A stretch of DNA of 64,000 nt. Source: Lepidodermella squamata. Its lineage: Eukaryota; Animalia; Gastrotricha. The stretch spans positions 2,418,001 to 2,482,000 of the forward strand of contig JBLDXI010000007.1 of the NCBI GenBank assembly GCA_047495785.1. Direction: 5' to 3'. Under the pieces are notes generated by a model. That model saw only the letters and a list, made by a program, of their open reading frames with translations, was not told the origin of the DNA and did not search any database. Both the position numbers and the translations under genes were made by a program. The first letter of the stretch is position 1. The number at the start of each line of letters is the position of its first letter. This document shows, piece by piece, positions 60,742 through 64,000 of the stretch.

Positions 60742-62876
60742 CACTTTTTTTCGTGCACAGTGCCTAATATTAGTGTGCACGACTGTTACCAGGCCATCGT
60801 GCACACACACTGGGTCATTCACGCATGCCAGTACTTTAAAATTTCAAAACGCTATAATTCTCCCAATTTTAATTTAAAAAAATTGAAAATTTGCAGCCAC
60901 ATAATATTCGCCAAGCGGAGACTAACAAATTTTACCCGATGAAAATCGAGTGAAAAATCAGCGAGATAAAAATTATATAAAATTCAGCCCATAATTAACA
61001 GCAATAATATAGTCGGCCACGCTAATTACCTGAGTGCGCGCGTATTCCGAAATATAGGTCAAGGCGCCAGAGAAATTTTTTCACCTATTTTTCATTATTT
61101 CATTTCAAATTTGTAGAGATTGACCGAAGGAACAAGGCCATTATAAATAGCCGTAAAATATGCAAATTCCAAATTACGAGAAAAATAGATAACTAGGATG
61201 CCTTTCTGACCCATCCTTCTCTTTCTACACTTTTGATCTATAGTCATCAAGGCCGAGAAGCGTCCATTTGATTCTGGTTAAATTTATTTAAATATATATG
61301 AAAATTACAATTATTGAAAATAACACCCATTTTTCATTTGATAAGACATCAATAGACCTGCCGCTTATTCGCTGTGGAGGTGTGCTTACGTCTTGCTAAT
61401 TTTTTCCATATTCAGTCGCAAATTGTCTCTTGGAATCTGATTTCCAAATTGCCCTGTCATAAACCGTTGATTTTCTACGATTTTTTGAAAATTTTAACTT
61501 TTTCCGAAAATAGAGGAAAACACCCCTTTTTGTTGATCACGACAGCCGCAGCGGCAGCCCACTAGGATTCCATAGGGCTGCCGCGTAAAATTAATGAGAC
61601 CCCTGCCGCGTCCGCCCGGCCCTGCCAAAAAACGTGACCCAGGTCACATTCCATTACCTGTAATAAAATCTCAAGCCCTGTATAAAGGCATATGCGCGCC
61701 GACCAAAGGGAGGCGCGCTCCCGTAATAATTTCATGACCTGGGTCACATTCCCAACCCGGTAAAAAACCGAAACCCAGAAGATGGCACGTGCGCGCCGAC
61801 CGAAGGGAGGCGCGCTCCGATAATTGACCTGACACAATTAAATGACCCAGGTCACTATTATTGCGCACGCGCTTCTTTGCGGCCAAAGAGACAATAAATG
61901 ACCCTAAAAAACAGGGATGCGCGCCGACCGCAGGGGGGGCGCGTCCAGTAAAAAAAATTATTCCTGATTTTACCTATTATCTCAATTATAATTATCAAGC
62001 AATGGCCCTGAAGACAATAAATAAACCAGATTAAAAAATGAGGTAGCCACGAGAGAAAATAAATGACCCAATTTAAAACGAACACGCGACCGCAGGGAGC
62101 GTGTCCCAGATTGAATTAAAGAGTTAAAATGAAACCGCAAATACGCAAGAACAATGCGCCGAGCGCTCCCAATAATTATTTAAAAATATTACTCGCGCCG
62201 ACGAAGGAGGCGCGTCCACAAAAAATTAAACAAAAATTACACGAAATAAGGTAATAATATTTTGTCTGATTTTCCCGATTTTAGTAGCAACAAACCAGAC
62301 CCAATTGGACGCTTCTCGGCCTTGATGGCTATAGATCAAAAATGTAGAAATGAGAAGGATGGGTCAGTTGGTAGAAATTAAAATAGCGCGCTCGCGCCGA
62401 CGAAGGAGGCGCGTCCAATAAAAATTAAAATTAAAATCTCAAAACAAGAAATATTATTTCTGATTTTACCGATTTTTAAGGTAATAAATACGGTTTCATG
62501 TTTGAGTACAGCGTCCCGCGCGCGCTAATAACCTCAATCAAGGTGCGCGCACTATTCCCTATATTATATATGTTTGAGTACGGGCGCGGTAATTATCGGC
62601 GATTTAATTACTGGTCCTTACTAGGTCGTGCAAGATCCGTCGTGCACAGCTAAATTTTAAACGCGACAAATTGTAAATAAATGATCTGATCCATTACATA
62701 GACCTCCTTAGCCCGATAATGCTGATATAAAATTTAACCGGTTTATTCTGCCCGGTTATTTTTAAAATCGACCGAAATGATTTTTAAAGCCTGACAAAAG
62801 TGAGACTGACATTTTCATCGTGCACGGCCGTCGTGCACACTATATAATAATGCCCAATGTGCACGATAGAAAAGTG
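60742..62876. mobile_element. 2.1-kb non-coding insertion with CACT-type imperfect TIRs (CMC/CACTA-like), containing a nested inverted pair 61206-61266 / 62306-62367
   Basis: Absent at ~39714 in Y'; ends CACTTTTTTTCGTGCACA / TGTGCACGATAGAAAAGTG; subterminal TCGTGCAC repeats; no clear TSD. Confidence 0.7.
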
Positions 62877-62978
62877 TATAACGTATTATTTCAGTTGCAA
62901 AAAAATCTGTTATATGAATGGGATTAGGAGGCGCGCGCCTGTTTCTCTTCGAAATCGTAGTATTTTAAGATTTTTTAA

Positions 62979-64000
62979 ATGCAAATTTTACGAGGCATGA
63001 TTTCTATCGTTCGATTATCGAAAGTCGTACCTTTCGTCATACTCTTATTAATTATCGGCCTGTTCTCTATCCATCCTCTTAATCTAAATATTAAAGGTCA
63101 AAATCAAGTAATTTTGTTCGGAGCTCGCTACCCTATTAGTATCAAAAGCCGGAGCTTACAAAATGAATCGACCAATCTTGGAGCTTTCAAGAACATTACC
63201 AATGTATCCGACTACCTTCTCAGAGATGGTAATGATGGTTTTGGCATGAATTCAAGTTATGAAGACGTGAAAGAGGAGCTCGACTTTCGACGCAGAATGG
63301 CCAGCGATTTAGCTGCCTCAATTTTGGAGCATTCAATAAATTATATAAATTCAAGATTATCCAATATTGAACCCTTAAAGGTAAAGCTGAACTTTTTTAA
63401 TGCTGATAAAAATTGTGACAAAAATTAGTAATTTAATCTTATATTGTTATAGGTTTTGGCTTATAGATGCAACAAAGCTGGGCACGTTTGCGGGGGACTC
63501 GGCGATCGGCTAAAAGGACTTACAAGCGTATTTTACCTTTCTATCGGCCTTCAACGACTACTTCATGTAGACTGGACCTACTTGAACCGGCTCGATGACT
63601 ACTTCAAAAACAGTCTAACCATCTCGTTAAATCAAACCGTTAAAGATGGTGAACAATTTCGGAAAAATCCTTACTACTTCCGGAATGGCGAGGAGCAGTT
63701 GAATTTCCTGAATTGGGGCTCCGGTCAAAGCTTAGCTCGAGAATTATCGCAAGATTCCTACGTCTCGATAGTTACAAACCAGCTTATCGGCACTGAAGCT
63801 GCCCTGAAAAATCCTGACTTTCAAAATAATTTCCTTCAAATTATCAACCCAATAGTTCGAAATTCTACGTCGAAAATCGACGGCTCGGTCTTTGTTTCGG
63901 CCGCGCTGAGGCTTGTAACCAGCCATCCGGAGCCGAGACTGAAAGATTTGTTCGAAAAATGCGTTGTAAATGCTAGTGGAGGTTGGAAATTTTGGTTGAA
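62979..64000 (+). CDS. Type II membrane fucosyltransferase-like glycosyltransferase (runs off window); exons 62979-63380 and 63453 onward
   Basis: N-terminal TM + stem; CGGLGDRLKGLTSVFYLS..QRLLHVDW resembles the GGLGNR/GDR motif of GT-B fucosyltransferases; frame open to window end. Confidence 0.65.

Noticed and set aside
61560-62460. CRISPR-like repeat-spacer array
   Set aside because: Eukaryotic context, irregular spacing, degenerate repeats with related spacers, no cas genes

Overview
Metazoan (invertebrate-like) genomic DNA with dense genes and very short canonical GT-AG introns (mostly 47-57 bp), so most ORF-track entries are exon fragments that I re-joined by hand. 1-14.7 kb holds two tandem divergent glutathione-synthetase-like genes, an intronless GABA-B-like class C GPCR, two small membrane proteins, a Cys-loop channel and an NADPH-cytochrome P450 reductase. 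15-64 kb is a ~25 kb tandem segmental duplication, arranged X, unique 12 kb block, Y', X', Y. It carries an EGF/NIM-like membrane protein, a miniature polycystin-1-like protein, an ankyrin-SOCS-box gene, LAMP-like genes, small secreted proteins and a fucosyltransferase-like gene. Two observations stand out. (1) A 6,785-bp Tc1/mariner element (44602-51386) has perfect 30-bp TIRs, a TA duplication and an empty site visible in the other copy. It encodes an intact spliced DD43D transposase plus at least three spliced, signal-peptide-bearing membrane-protein cargo genes. (2) A 7-exon gene (26172-32762) fuses two L-type-lectin-like domains to a Cys-loop ligand-gated ion channel, followed by a pseudogenised paralogue. 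Gene models and family calls are manual readings; no searches were run.
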